A stretch of DNA of 64,000 nucleotides from Amphiscolops sp. MND2022 (lineage: Eukaryota): positions 9,798,001-9,862,000 of the forward strand of contig OZ076409.1 of assembly GCA_964187785.1 (NCBI GenBank). Reading direction: 5' to 3'. Positions within the stretch are counted from its first letter, which is position 1, and each line of letters begins with the position of its first letter. Shown here in pieces: positions 25,576-37,190 of this stretch. Under the pieces are notes generated by a model that was not told where the DNA came from, did not search any database, and saw nothing but the letters and a program-made list of their open reading frames with translations. The position numbers and the translations under genes are program-made.

Positions 25576-28269
25576 ATGGATTCAGATGAAAGAGGTCTTG
25601 GGAGAGACCAAGTGGATGTTGGAGAATTCCCGAGCAGCAATTCCCCCAGTTGGAGATTGTTACTGCTGGAATTCTTGAGCACGGCCAATCAGTTGAAATG
25701 GAACTATCAGAAGTGTTGCCAGAAGTTATCTGAGTCGCTCGTGGCAGCTGTGTTCAACGCCTTTCTGGAAGCCAAGCTGTCTGTTGAAGTGACATTGGGT
25801 GACCCCAGTGTAATTGACGTTCTGAGCAGAACGTTGGCAGTGATTGGAGTTACGCAAATGGAAAACCTGGAAGAACAATTTTTTCATCAGACTCAGCAGA
25901 GGGCAGAAGAAAATATTTTTGATTATGCTCGACGAGTGGGCGCAATCAAAACACTCGCTTTGAAAGAAAGGGGTAATGAGTACTGGGTTGCAATTTGTGC
26001 CTCAGGCCTGACTGACAAGTGCCTCCGAGACGTCGCAGAACAACCCGGTATTGCTGCCTCCATTGGCCGCGAGTTGGAACCCCAAGACTGTTTTGTGAGT
26101 CAATTGGATGTGTAGTGGAGCAAAATGCATCAAGTTCAACTTTTTGACGTTGAGGCACAAGCTCACGAAGAGGAGTTGACAACGGACCAAGAACACAGTA
26201 GAGTGGTCCAGGGAGACGAACGTTTCCAAACTTTTAGACTCCTAACGAAGGAGAAGCATACGGGAAACGTTGCTGACGCGAAGGGTTCCAATGCCACCCA
26301 ATGTGAGAACGAAGAAACGAAATCAAAAAGCATTGCGCACACAAACACTGGACGCGTGGCGAGGCCAACATCAGCGTGGAAAGCGTCATACTGGGGTTGC
26401 GAAGACAGTGAAGATGATAGCGACGACCCTGTGGGGGAACAAGGAGGTACTGCGCACAGGCAGCATCGACGAAGCGAATGGTGCAGCTATTCCAGTGATG
26501 AAGAGTGTTCAGATGATGAGAAGGACGAGATCTGGAGCGAGCTGAATAGCGACGATGACAGTTTTTGTCCGTACCAACCACTGACCTTAGAAGAAGCTCT
26601 TAGACAGATCAAAGACGGGAAGAAAACGAGGCCCGCTGGTAAGAAGACAGGTAACCCTACACTGCATGAATCAAGATACGGCGGGATGTCAGGCCCAGTA
26701 TTTGGTGAGTGGATGAAAGGTGCTGAAAGCTTGAGACCAGCCGGTGGAGTAGGCTCAGGAAAAATCAGGGTTGCACCTGTGTGCTGTGAGCGTCGAATCC
26801 AGCTGACAGATCAAAAGTCCCTGGTCAGTGAACCGAACGGAATCAGGACTGGAAGCGTCGCAGTTCTCTATTGGAAAGAGGCGGTGTCTAGAGAAATGAA
26901 AGTAATGGCCGTCGACAGAGTGGAAGCATATAGAGCAAGTATGACTCTTGAAAGGAGCTTCTCAATCATGATCCAACCATGTTTGGTCGAAGTCGGAATT
27001 GGGCGGGTTTCCAATCAAAGTGCTAATTGTGTTTGGAGGCTGGCGCTTGAACTCTTCCCTCTGAAAGTGCCCGAAGTGCAGCGGAGTAGCCAATATTGGA
27101 AGAAATGAGCAAAAAGAGTTGATGAAAAAAAACCCACGAGGGAAACGCTAACGCTTGCCTCCTTCCGACGAAAGAAGCGAAAGAAGCAAGAACCCTGGGT
27201 TCCAAGAGTTGTGAAACACAAACTGTCCTGGTTACAACCAAAAGATTCGAGAGTGAACGGACAAGACGAGCCAGCAAGTGTCGAGTTGCGAGTGGCAAGC
27301 GGTACTGATATCTCGAAGAAACAACAGTTACCAGTCTCATGGTGGTTGTGGACCGCTTGGATTTTAATGATGGCACGTTTGCTGATCTTGGAAAGCTACT
27401 CTTTGTCGAACAGGACATCAACGCCCGTCACAACCCTGTAGTCGCTGGTTCTCCCGTCGTCCGAGAGATGGAGCCCGAGCGAGCTACGACCGCGCGCAGA
27501 AGGCTGGTTGCTGCGAAATGATCAAACTTTCAATGAACATGGCAGGTCGGTTACCCAGTGGCGAAGTGACGAGACACCCACGTTTTTTGAGTTTAGTGAT
27601 CGTAGTTGGATCCGTTGGAAAGTTATCCCCGAAATTGGACGCGACTATCCAAATGCCTTGGAAAAGCAGAATGATACCACGAAGAGCAACGCCAAGCTTG
27701 CGGATATTGTCTGGGAGTCAGATGCACTTGCTGTGAACGAGTTTCGTAATGAACTGAGGTGGGTGCCACAGAGAGCCGAACACGTGGGTGACGTCCACGG
27801 AAAGCTTTCACGGGCGCGTTGGAAGTCGATGCGAAGCGAAAGTATAACATCAACAACCTTCGGGAATATTACGCAGCCAGCGAAAAAGAGTGATGGACAA
27901 AATTTAATTTGGGACAGTGGCGGGGTGATGTTCAAGCGACTGGGATTCAGGACGATGTCAACTCCAGAAGGGAAATGGGTCCGCCACCCGCAACCTGCGT
28001 GGAACACCCAGAAGAGGCCTGCTGCGAAACGTGTTCGTGACAGTGGTCAACGCAATGGCAATATGGAACGAAAGCAAAGTGTGGCTGTGTCAAGTGACGA
28101 TTCTTGCAGCTGGATCAGTCACAGGAAACACAGAAGATGGAAAGCGAAGGGGTATACTGCGCAAGACTTGATGAAAAGATGACTTATTAGGTGGACAACA
28201 AACGTGTCCACAAGGTGCCTGCCGAAAGAATGGGAGATGTCAAATGAACACTGGGGACAAAAAGATTAG
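25576..28269 (+). pseudogene. Long gag-like/unknown reading frame with four internal stops and no frameshift
   Basis: ORFs 25576-26115, 26125-27108, 27211-27441 and 27508-28182 all share one frame; Q..EENIFDYARRV resembles the Gag major homology region. Confidence 0.6.
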
Positions 28270-28972
28270 TCATTAAGTACAAACCTCAACTTTTAATTTT
28301 TTTGCTGGAAGTAGTTTTTCTTGGATCCATGTGACCAAACTAGCTGAATTTCTGCAAGGCCTAGCATGTTGTTTTGAAAGAACGATGTTACAGCACTGAA
28401 GACAAGATCAAAGTTTTTTTCTGTTCGCTGCCCAGTAAAAAGTAGAAAATACATGCAGACGTTCGGGAATGGTCTTTTTTAAATTATTTTCGAGAACCTA
28501 GCCCATCCCATTGTTTTCTTATATATACATGTTGAAATTATGCTGTTAAATTTGGTTTATCCCAATTCGCCGACCCCAATCAATTTTCTAGTACTGTGTC
28601 CAGGAGCATACCCACATCCCCTTTCTCATAACTCTCACCCCAGTGCTAAACCTGTCTTTTCTTCTTTGAGCCCGTAATAATCCCCCCTATTCAAAAAGAT
28701 TGATGAAGACCTATTCAGGTGGCATTTGTCTGGTATTGAAACAACCCTATGCCTATGACCGCAAGACCTTCCTAGATCTATCATTTTACGCAGTATCTTT
28801 CAATGCCTCAGACTCCCGGGACTTTCTGTACCTCTGAAAAAAAACACACTCAGGATTTACTCGGAAAAAGAAAATGCCTAAACAATTTTTTTAAAGCAAG
28901 TATTACAGTATATCAATTTGGATGAAAGAACATGAGGATGACGGGATGAAGAAGACATCTTAGATAAACGTT

Positions 28973-29276
28973 TTACAGTAGAAAAAAAGGAGGAGGTCGC
29001 TCTGCCAGAGCGCCCCAAAGTTTTTGGCGTACTATCAGAAAACGAAGTTTCTGGGTTCCTGGTAGCCCAAACTCAGAGACCCCAAGGTTCCGTATGAAAA
29101 TGACGAACTCCACCCAACCCGGGCTTAGATGTGTTAAGCACAAAACGTCCTCCTCCCCCCTCCACAGCTAGTTGCACCTCGTGAACCGCCCCAATTTCCA
29201 TGCGAGTGAGAATAAACACGTTGCGAAAATATTGAGACTCCCAAGTCAAATTCAGTAAGAAAGGGCCTTGTGCCAT
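28973..29276 (-). pseudogene. ~100-aa unknown protein (frameshift in a 6-G run), probable paralogue of 29576-29869
   Basis: Removing one base from the C6 run at 29155-29160 gives MAQGPFLLNLTWESQYFRNVFILTRMEIGAVHEVQLAVEGEEDVLCLTHLSPGWVEFVIFIRNLGVSEFGLPGTQKLRFLIVRQKLWGALAERPPPFFLL*. Confidence 0.5.
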
Positions 29277-29575
29277 GTTGGTTAGTGCGACGAGTTACGA
29301 TTTTGAGCGTTACAAAACTCCTTATTACTGTCGACTTAGTGGATACAGGATGTCCAGATGTTTTCTAGATAAACTTCGAGATGAGGGGCAGATCGACTAA
29401 TTCAATGGTACCGGTACATTGAATGTTAAGAGTTGACGGATTTCGCAAAGCAAATTTGCTGAGTAAACAAAGACTTCAACGGCGAAAGATCCGCATTAGA
29501 TAAATTTTTAGTGATTTTTGTTTTTAGTGATGAATTTTTTTTTGGTGAGCGGCAGCAAGTCTTTACAATATACAA

Positions 29576-29869
29576 ATGACATATATTGGGCTTTACTGGT
29601 CATGGGACTGCGAGGACTTCGACGAAGTAGAAATTGTGGAGCGGATATTTTTTGATTACGGGGAAGAACCAATGGTCGCCCGCATTCACTGTTCTAACCG
29701 ACCCAGAGTTAGGGAGGTGGAAGTCGCCCCGGGCACTAGAAGGTGGGTCACCTTATTGGAGATGCTCAGAGAAATTTTCGCCTTCGCGGGGAATTTTCAT
29801 CCTGTGGATCGGGAGAGGGTCAGAGTGTTAATCAACTACATGGTAGAAACGAGAAGGTTGCGGGGATAA
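29576..29869 (+). CDS. 97-aa unknown protein carried by the LTR element
   Basis: Intact ATG-TAA ORF (context ACAAATG), GC-richer than its flanks, globular-looking composition. Confidence 0.6.
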   Translation: MTYIGLYWSWDCEDFDEVEIVERIFFDYGEEPMVARIHCSNRPRVREVEVAPGTRRWVTLLEMLREIFAFAGNFHPVDRERVRVLINYMVETRRLRG

Positions 29870-30240
29870 CTTATAAAATCATAACTTGAACCATTTTTTT
29901 AAATTTTAACCCATATCGCTATATTATGAACCCTAAACTAGACTTTTTGTCTTGGTTGCCTACCCCAAAATTTACTTTAGAGATTTATTTTTAATGAGAT
30001 GTCGGTGTTTTTCTGATTATATATTTAAATTGCATTTTTCATCGTCTTCCTTAATGTCGATGTTATGCTAGTTCATAGTTTTTGTAGATAGTTTGAACCA
30101 TCGGAGCTATTGATGTTTGACTACCTTATCCCCACCCTATATCCATACTGTATTGTTTATGTTTAACCCAGATCCCACGGTTCAGCCAGCGATATCGGCG
30201 TTAAGTTTATTCGGGAGAACAAAAGTCCAGAAGAGAAGAG

Positions 30241-32029
30241 TGTGGAAATTATAGTTTTTGGCGTCCACGAAAACCCGTTGCTTTTGCGCGAAGTACATAT
30301 GATAAACAAAACTATTCAAATTACGTTTTTAGACCGCTGGAATAGTGAAAACAGCTGAAAAGGCTGACAATAGCGTGTTTTATTACAACTCATTTGGCAA
30401 ACCTGATGTTTACTTAGTAAACGAAAGTTCTTAGGTAGAATTACCAAGTTAGTGAGTGACGTCAGCGATGAAATGATTCGAATCAGCTAAATCAGAGTCG
30501 TTCCCTAAGAGCGAAATTTACTAAGTCTTTATTTAAGGCGAAAGAGAGATCTGAGACAGATTGGGCCACCCCCCCCCCCCCGTCCGGGCCACCTACCGAT
30601 CCGATCCGGCTGAAATTTGGCACACGTATACCTGAGCTGTTATGCTACTTGTCCATAAAAACGGAACCGAGCCGAGACCCCCCAGTCCCGGGCTATTAGC
30701 ACCGGAAGTGACCTAGGTCGACCCCCCTAGGATCTCGTCGGCCAAGCACGGAATAAGTTGTATTATATATGGAATCGATAGCCCAAATGATATTAGGCTG
30801 TTTGCGAATGTTTTCGGAACCCTACGACGCGCGCAGGAGGAGTACGGACCCTAAGTAAATAAACCCCGAACGTTATGTAAATAGCCACCAGATGACTCGA
30901 AGATCATGAAACTTACCCAAGATGTTCAGCTAGTAACCCTAAGTAATATACATGAAAGATAAGTTTCTTTCATAAATCATAAATCATAAGTTTCTCTATA
31001 TGTTCATGGGTTGCCTCCAGAATGACCTCAAAGTCATTCTGGAGGCAACCCATGAACTTTTAGAGAAACTTATGATAAAACATGTAAATCAGCGTCTTTA
31101 GGCGATAAATTTTGCATTTCAGTCAGGCGAGAGAATTCGCGATGCATTGCGCCCAAAAGGACGGAAAAATAACACTTACACGTAGAGAGCATGTAAACCA
31201 TGTAACTGAAGGTCATGGAACAATTGGCTTGATATTGGAAATATCTTGGGTAACTTGAATTATTATTGAAATGTGAACTTTGTACAACCTTTGTTGAAGT
31301 ATTTGTCGTTGGCGGCGAAGTATGTCTGGCCGAAATATAAATAGGGCGCCGCCGTGCCATAGAAGGTATGAAACTACATGAAGGTAAAGGCATGCAAATA
31401 AAAAAGAGACATCGGTACAACAAAAATGCGGGCGATGAACAAAAGAATTGAGGCGGAATTTGATTATACTTGAAGAGACAGAACCGAGTTAGAACGCTGG
31501 AATCAAGTTGAGTCTCGAGGAGACAAGATACTTGTTCAGATTAACACTCGCGCTTCTCGACGAGCGAGTAAGAGGACTAGAAGAAGGTTGAGTCTTGCGG
31601 AGACAAGAGACACTTCTAGAAGATTTCGTTGTCGCTAGCCCAGTAGTATTGCTGACAAGTCCGGGACTTGTGATTTGGTTGAAGTTGGAGCTTCAACAAG
31701 ATTGAATTGAATTGCGCCTAACGTACCTGGCTGAATCGTGGATTCGATTGTTGTCGTATCTTTTTATTGGGAATTGCAGATAGCGTTTGATGAATATTAG
31801 TTAGTTTGACTGTTTTGAATTACCAGTGTTATTCTACGATAAAGAAGTAATTGTATTATTCCACTACTTGAAGTTTTTGGATAGATGCGAGCCGATAGAG
31901 CAAATCTGGAGAGAGAAATTGACAGTAACAACAAAAGAATCGGCTAACTCACTAAAACAACCTTTTTGTCTGTTAAGCTTCCAATTGGAGGTAAAACTCT
32001 CTCCAAGCCCCGAATTGGATTTTCTTACA
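30241..32029 (+). repeat. 3' LTR (1789 bp) with an internal fold-back replacement
   Basis: TGTGGAA...TTCTTACA; lacks 24164-24464 of the 5' LTR. Confidence 0.93.
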
Positions 32030-32242
32030 TTATGACTAGTTAGTTTTCAACAAATCGTTGAATATCTGTCAGGATCTGTACAGATCTGTACAGATTCGCA
32101 GGAAGTGCTCAACATGGGTATTTGTCCAAAAAAGACAACAATGATCGCATCGTATATTCCCCAAACTGACAAAAGTTTCGAGACAGCAAATAAATGAGTC
32201 GAGAATAGTGTTTATGCATTTTTACCAAAGACTCCGCTGATT

Positions 32243-32307
32243 CAGGGAATCGAACTCGAGACCTTACGGTTACGAATCTCAGCGTTTACAACTCGGCTAT
32301 AGCGCCC
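32243..32307 (-). mobile_element. tRNA-derived SINE-like head
   Basis: Minus strand GGGCGCTATAGCCGAGTTG...GAGTTCGATTCCC (A and B boxes); acceptor stem not completed. Confidence 0.5.
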
Positions 32308-33305
32308 TAATATTTGTTATTTTAATTCGGTAGTATTTGGTTAGCGACAGTACGTGCTGCTTCATGTTCCTTCTTCAATAGGGCTATTATGAAACACAAT
32401 TAAAAGCAGTTTTATTTCATTGAATGATGGATAAAGTTACACATCCGATTGAGGACACAAATGAGTCTATTGACTCCACTAGTTGTTCCCTTGGGAACCA
32501 TTCAAAGCATTGAACAAACTTGAATAACTTAAAAAACTATTTAAAACTTACTTTTCAAAACAAAATCCCGATGCCGCTTACATGTTTTAGTCGGCGAGTT
32601 TTGTAACAAAAAGTCTCACACTGGCAACTTGTTTTTGTCAGACCACAGACCTTACATTTGGTCTGCTTTTTAGTCCACTTTTTACAGACTTCACGCCTTA
32701 GTAGTGAAGGATACCCAAAGAGGCCAAATGGTACCCAAAGAGACTAGAAGGTACTCCTTTTGAGTATTCCATTATTCTTACCATATTGTGGAAACTATGT
32801 GGGACCAAAGGGTCCCCCTTAAAGTTTTTCGGGAATGTGCGACTTTTTTTGAGATCATCTTATTTTGAAGAACGATTTTCCCAACAATTTGCGTTTTTTG
32901 ATGTTTTCAGTTTGATGAAAGGGTTTTTCAAGCCCAAGGGGCTCCTTTGTAAAATTTTGGCACTTTTCCCTAAAAAGGCATCCTGGGCATTTTAACGAGA
33001 CTGAACGTTTTGAGCCTCAAGCGTTCAGAAAATGTATAGCACCACGGTATCCAAAAACATTTATCATGGCATAGCTTGAATTTTCTGTCAATTATCCTGA
33101 AAAAAAAACAAAAGTAATAAAATTGGTGCCTCTATAGTATCATATTTCAGGTGACAAGCGATCCAAGCGAACGAAGATCTTTATTGGTTAGACGTTGTTT
33201 CCTGCCTCACAAATATTCATCAAAGCCTCGACGTTTCATGTCTGTTTTACATGCTTTGTAGCCCTTTATGTATATATGCATGTTCTGTGACTTCCTGTGT
33301 TTCAG

Positions 33306-33584
33306 GTTTCGCAGACGGAAAGATCAAACTTTATGCCCGTTCACCGATTTTCCGGGGTGCTCATCTTTTCATTCACTGTGATTGCCTGTCTAACTGGTAT
33401 CCAGGAAAAACTGGGTTTTCTGAGTGGTTCGGAGAAGGATCCCTACAGTGACTTACCCCCGTACGGGGTGGTGGGAAATGTGTTGGGCTTGAATATTCTG
33501 CTGTTCGCTGTGGGGGTAGTTTACTTGGTCGTGAATCCTTTCTACAAACGCGCAGAAGCCGAGGAGAACATACAGGGAAATTAG
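33306..33584 (+). CDS. CYB561: Cytochrome b561 coding exon 3 (92 aa + stop)
   Basis: Acceptor TGTGTTTCAG|; MPVHRFSG (His 4), TGIQEK, GNVLGL, PFYKR; TAG stop; candidate AATAAA at 33800. Confidence 0.93.
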   Translation, partial: VSQTERSNFMPVHRFSGVLIFSFTVIACLTGIQEKLGFLSGSEKDPYSDLPPYGVVGNVLGLNILLFAVGVVYLVVNPFYKRAEAEENIQGN

Positions 33585-35634
33585 ATACCTGCCTGTAGTT
33601 GCGACAAACGGGGGTTCACATTACTGGATCAATCATTCAATGGTTTTTAATTTTCACCCCCATTTAATAGTTATGTATATATACTTCAATCTCACACGTT
33701 AATCCAATTCATTTGAAAACAGTGCTTTATTTTAAATTACGTTGCTATTTGGATGCTCCAAAACACTGTTCTATCATATCAAAGTTTATAAACTATTTCA
33801 ATAAATTTAATTGTTTGTTACTCTTGTGAAAAGCAGAGAAAGTTAGAAACGTCACCTTTGAATGTTTTTCTTTCTCTGGAATGAATTCGGCACATGCAGA
33901 AAATGAAAGAAAAAAAACGATATGAAGAGATGCTAAACTAAGGTGCCCAGCATATACTTGATTTCGCGTGGAAAAAATTTCAAAGAGCAATGTATGTTGG
34001 ATATGAATTCGACATAAAAGTCAAAGTCAAAATCTAAAAAACTTCAAGATAAAGAAAAGCTTTTGACATGGAACATATAACATGGAACAAACTTGAATGA
34101 GCACCGATAGTACCCATTAATGCAACTTTTCTCCCCTTCTAGGGGAGAATAACTGTCTATCTTTTTGCCATGAAAGATCTGACAGCTTGTCTTTAGGATT
34201 CAATAGGCTTTGTATATTCCTTTGAAAGTAGCTCGTAAGCAGAATAGCAATACATAAGCAGTCATAAGTTTGAATGTCAGTGTGACACTAAAAGACAGTT
34301 TATCGAAGCTTGCAAGACCTCGTAAATCCCCTGAAGCATTATCAGTTCAACCTTCCCAGACCTTTCAAGCCTTTGAAGCTTGTTCTTGGTTTTGCCTAAA
34401 TCAAACGATCCCCTGACAGTTTGACTCCAATTTGTGTGATGTAAATTTTTGTTTGTTTACAGCTGGTAGCGGCTGTACCGGGATTCACTTTCCCATGAAT
34501 GAGAGGAGTGAAACCGGAAAACAGCTTCAGAATTCTTGTCAAGTCCGCAACTGACAGAAAAACGTGTTTATGTCACTAATTTCACCTGATTGCTCCAATG
34601 CCATACGTTCTGCTGCGTTAAGTAATCAGCCGGATTTTGAAACTCGTCTCCTCAAATAATTGTTTCCAGATGAAATTAACTGTAAATAGAAGTTAGAAAG
34701 TTCGTTTAGAGCGCAAAATATTCAAACCAAGCACTGCACAAAATATGAAGGGAAATTATAGAAAACAGCTTAATTTGAAGAATACGATGTCAAAAACGGT
34801 CGTTTTCTTTGTTTACAAATCTTAACAAGAAAATTATATTGGGAAAGTTTTGTACTTCAGTACAAATTGCCGATTTTTTGTGACTTCAAAATTCTGATAA
34901 TTCTTGGTGTCATTGACCCGGAAAAACCCAGTTAATATAATTAGTTTGAAAATTTTTATGTTCCCCATTTTGTTCACAAATATTTCACTCGCACCAAATC
35001 ACGATCGCTTTTACATGAATGAGTTCCCTGTGTGAAAATTTTTCAGGCTCTTGGAAAGAATTCAGGAATTTGCATCATTTTGAAACCCTCGGATAAAATC
35101 TTGCAAAATGATATAAAGTCACTGGAATTTGATCTGAAAATCCTGAAATGAGGTCAAAGTTCACTGCCACTTAAGATCCAAAACCACATTTCTGACAACT
35201 TATGTACCTGCCTACATTTGCTGTTTAAATGTTATCATTTATAAGGTGAAACGAGAGTCTTGCAAGATTGTTTTGCAAGATCTTGTGAAACAATGCATTA
35301 TCGCAAGAGATATAGTACGAGAACCTTGGAAGATGAATCTCTAAATTACACAAAATCTCAGGCTAGATTTGTTGAGTTGTTGAGGTTCTTGCAAATAAAA
35401 TCCTCAACTTGCAACTATCCAAAAACTGCAGCAAATAGAGTGTGAATAATCGCAGTCCGATTACATTTTTCCTTGAATATACTAAGAACTCACCTTTATG
35501 CCAAAGACTGCAATTTCAATTGTCGTTTCTCTGAGAACTAAAAATTGCGAAGTGGATTGTTAGACACGACATGTGTGACAGACTGATAGAAGCCAAAACG
35601 TGACGTAACTAAGTACCTGCCTTTGTACTATTAT

Positions 35635-36124
35635 TATTTTCCGCCCATATTTCATATGGGAAAGGAAAATATTTAAATCAAACGGGTTTTTTTTTTTTTT
35701 TTTTTTTTTACAAAATTTGCCAAGATTTTATTTATATTTAAATTTAAGGGTGTTACCCATAGAATTCAACCCACATAAATTTAGCTTCGTGCGATATGTA
35801 TTTGTAGAGATTTTTGAAGTTTTTTTAAAAAATGACGAAAATGACGAAAATGACCCCTTAATGACAAAATGACCCCTTAATGACAAAATGACCCCGAAAA
35901 TGACAAAAATTCCCAAATTTCTCATTTTTAAACATTTTTATGCAATTTTTGCCATTTTTTGAGACACCGCGAATTAGAAAAATGGACAAGATGAATCGAA
36001 GCTTTCTTTTCTTCGAACTTCTCAGCGTTTTTATAGTGCATTAGTTATTCTTGAGCCTCAAATTTATGTAGTTGTAGAACAGTTCGGGGCGGAAAATATC
36101 CCGCTCCTCAGCGGGCGTCTTGTT
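35635..36124 (+). mobile_element. HINE/DINE-1-like non-autonomous Helentron
   Basis: subTIR TATTTTCCGCCC / GGGCGGAAAATA (36087-36098), 3' stem-loop CCCGCT-CCTC-AGCGGG, end CGTCTTGTT; internal AAATGAC repeats and poly-T. Confidence 0.75.
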
Positions 36125-36144
36125 GTATTTAACGTCTAGAGCTA

Positions 36145-36650
36145 CAGTTTCTTTCAGAAATTATGTCACCTTTAATTTCAAATATCTCAATAATCACTAT
36201 TCAGAATCTGACGATTTTTCAACAGATTTTACTATATGGAATTTTCATTTTTGATACATTAAAAGCGACCTACGCCAGGTAATGGAAATCACCTCCATTC
36301 TGATCTTCACACAGTTAGAGTCGCTTCCGAATGCTCTTTCACTCTTTTAACCTCTCTGGCACATATATTTCTTGTACCGAACTCTATTGTTAACTTGATA
36401 TTTTTTATCGTCCTCTGGTTCGAAATATTGACAAACAACAGCATTCTTCCCCAGAGAAAGTAGTCCAGAGGCGAGCGAGAGGTCGGGGCTTTGAGGTTGG
36501 CAATGGATACTCTGCGACTGGTGATCCTGTCTTGCAATCTGGTTTCTAAAAAATGCAGTACATTGTCAGTGCAGTGACAAGTCGCTCCGTTTAGTTGGAA
36601 GTACACGCGCGTAGGAGAAATTGATTCGTTGAGGGCCGGTATCATTCAAA
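36145..36650 (-). mobile_element. Tc1/mariner transposase C-terminal remnant
   Basis: YFQLNGATCH (cf. FQQDGAPAH) and SPLDYFLWG in ORF 36307-36645; candidate TA|CAG terminus at 36143-36147. Confidence 0.8.
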
Positions 36651-36710
36651 AATTCCAATGTTTTTTTGAAATCCTTAAAAAACATTCTTGTTAATTTCGA
36701 TCGATTTCTA

Positions 36711-36927
36711 GGATCTTGTTTGCTAATGCCCCCCACGGATTTATTGCCCCCCACAAGTGTGAAACGCAGCTGACTCATGCTTTCTAACATGACAACTATT
36801 TTCTGCGAGCATTACGTTTTAATATGGGAAACAATTTATTTCTGCGTAGGTGGATCTTCTGTGCTAAAAGTTTGGGGGACAGAAAAATTTTTGCCAGTAG
36901 GCTGGGGGGCATTAGCAAACAGGATCC
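36711..36927. mobile_element. 217-bp MITE with ~24-bp TIRs
   Basis: GGATCTTGTTTGCTAATGCCCCC vs GGGGGCATTAGCAAACAGGATCC; flanks GATTTCTA / CATTTCTA. Confidence 0.8.
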
Positions 36928-37190
36928 CATTTCTAACTTTTGAAGATAGTTTGAACACATAATTATTGAAAGACTTTGTATTTCCTTGTTGCACTTACCT
37001 ATCTAGCAAACAGAATACAGTGTTGCGTAACAAATAAAGGCCTTAATGAAAAGCAATGAGTCAGTTTTTGATATTGTGAAACAAACAAAACTCGGTTTGC
37101 AAAACTGTTACCGCAAACTGAAAAATGATGAATGGTTTCTTCCAAGCATTACTAAAAAGGGTTTTGCTATCTCGATATCTTGTTCATCGA

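Larger units (their letters stand above)
23451..32029 (+). mobile_element. Non-autonomous (pol-less, LARD-like) LTR retroelement
   Basis: TG...CA LTRs 23451-25470 and 30241-32029, highly similar; TSD TTATG (23446-23450, 32030-32034); PBS at 25472; PPT AGAAGAGAAGAG at 30229-30240; no protease/RT/integrase motifs seen. Confidence 0.93.
23005..32118. mobile_element. ~530-bp CCC...GGG-type MITE split by the nested LTR element
   Basis: CACTTGTTGAGCTTTCC..GAATCCGTACAGATCTGT at 23005 vs reverse complement of the 32118 end, CCCATGTTGAGCACTTCC..GAATCTGTACAGATCTGT; TA on both flanks. Confidence 0.6.

Noticed and set aside
25576..28269. Alternative genetic code or programmed read-through explaining the in-frame stops
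   Set aside because: The stops are mixed TAG and TGA and the host gene ends in a normal TAG; point-mutation decay is simpler
28540..28925. Third small ORF in the LTR element cargo region
   Set aside because: Frame contains three stops and shows no visible similarity to the paired ORFs
32243..32307. Functional tRNA gene (also 9043-9108 and ~3139-3190)
   Set aside because: A/B boxes are present but acceptor and anticodon stems do not pair; treated as SINE-like heads
34440..35160. Possible minus-strand exons with a 35-bp GT-AG mini-intron (34551-34585)
   Set aside because: The candidate exons I translated contain stops in all frames; not supportable without RNA data
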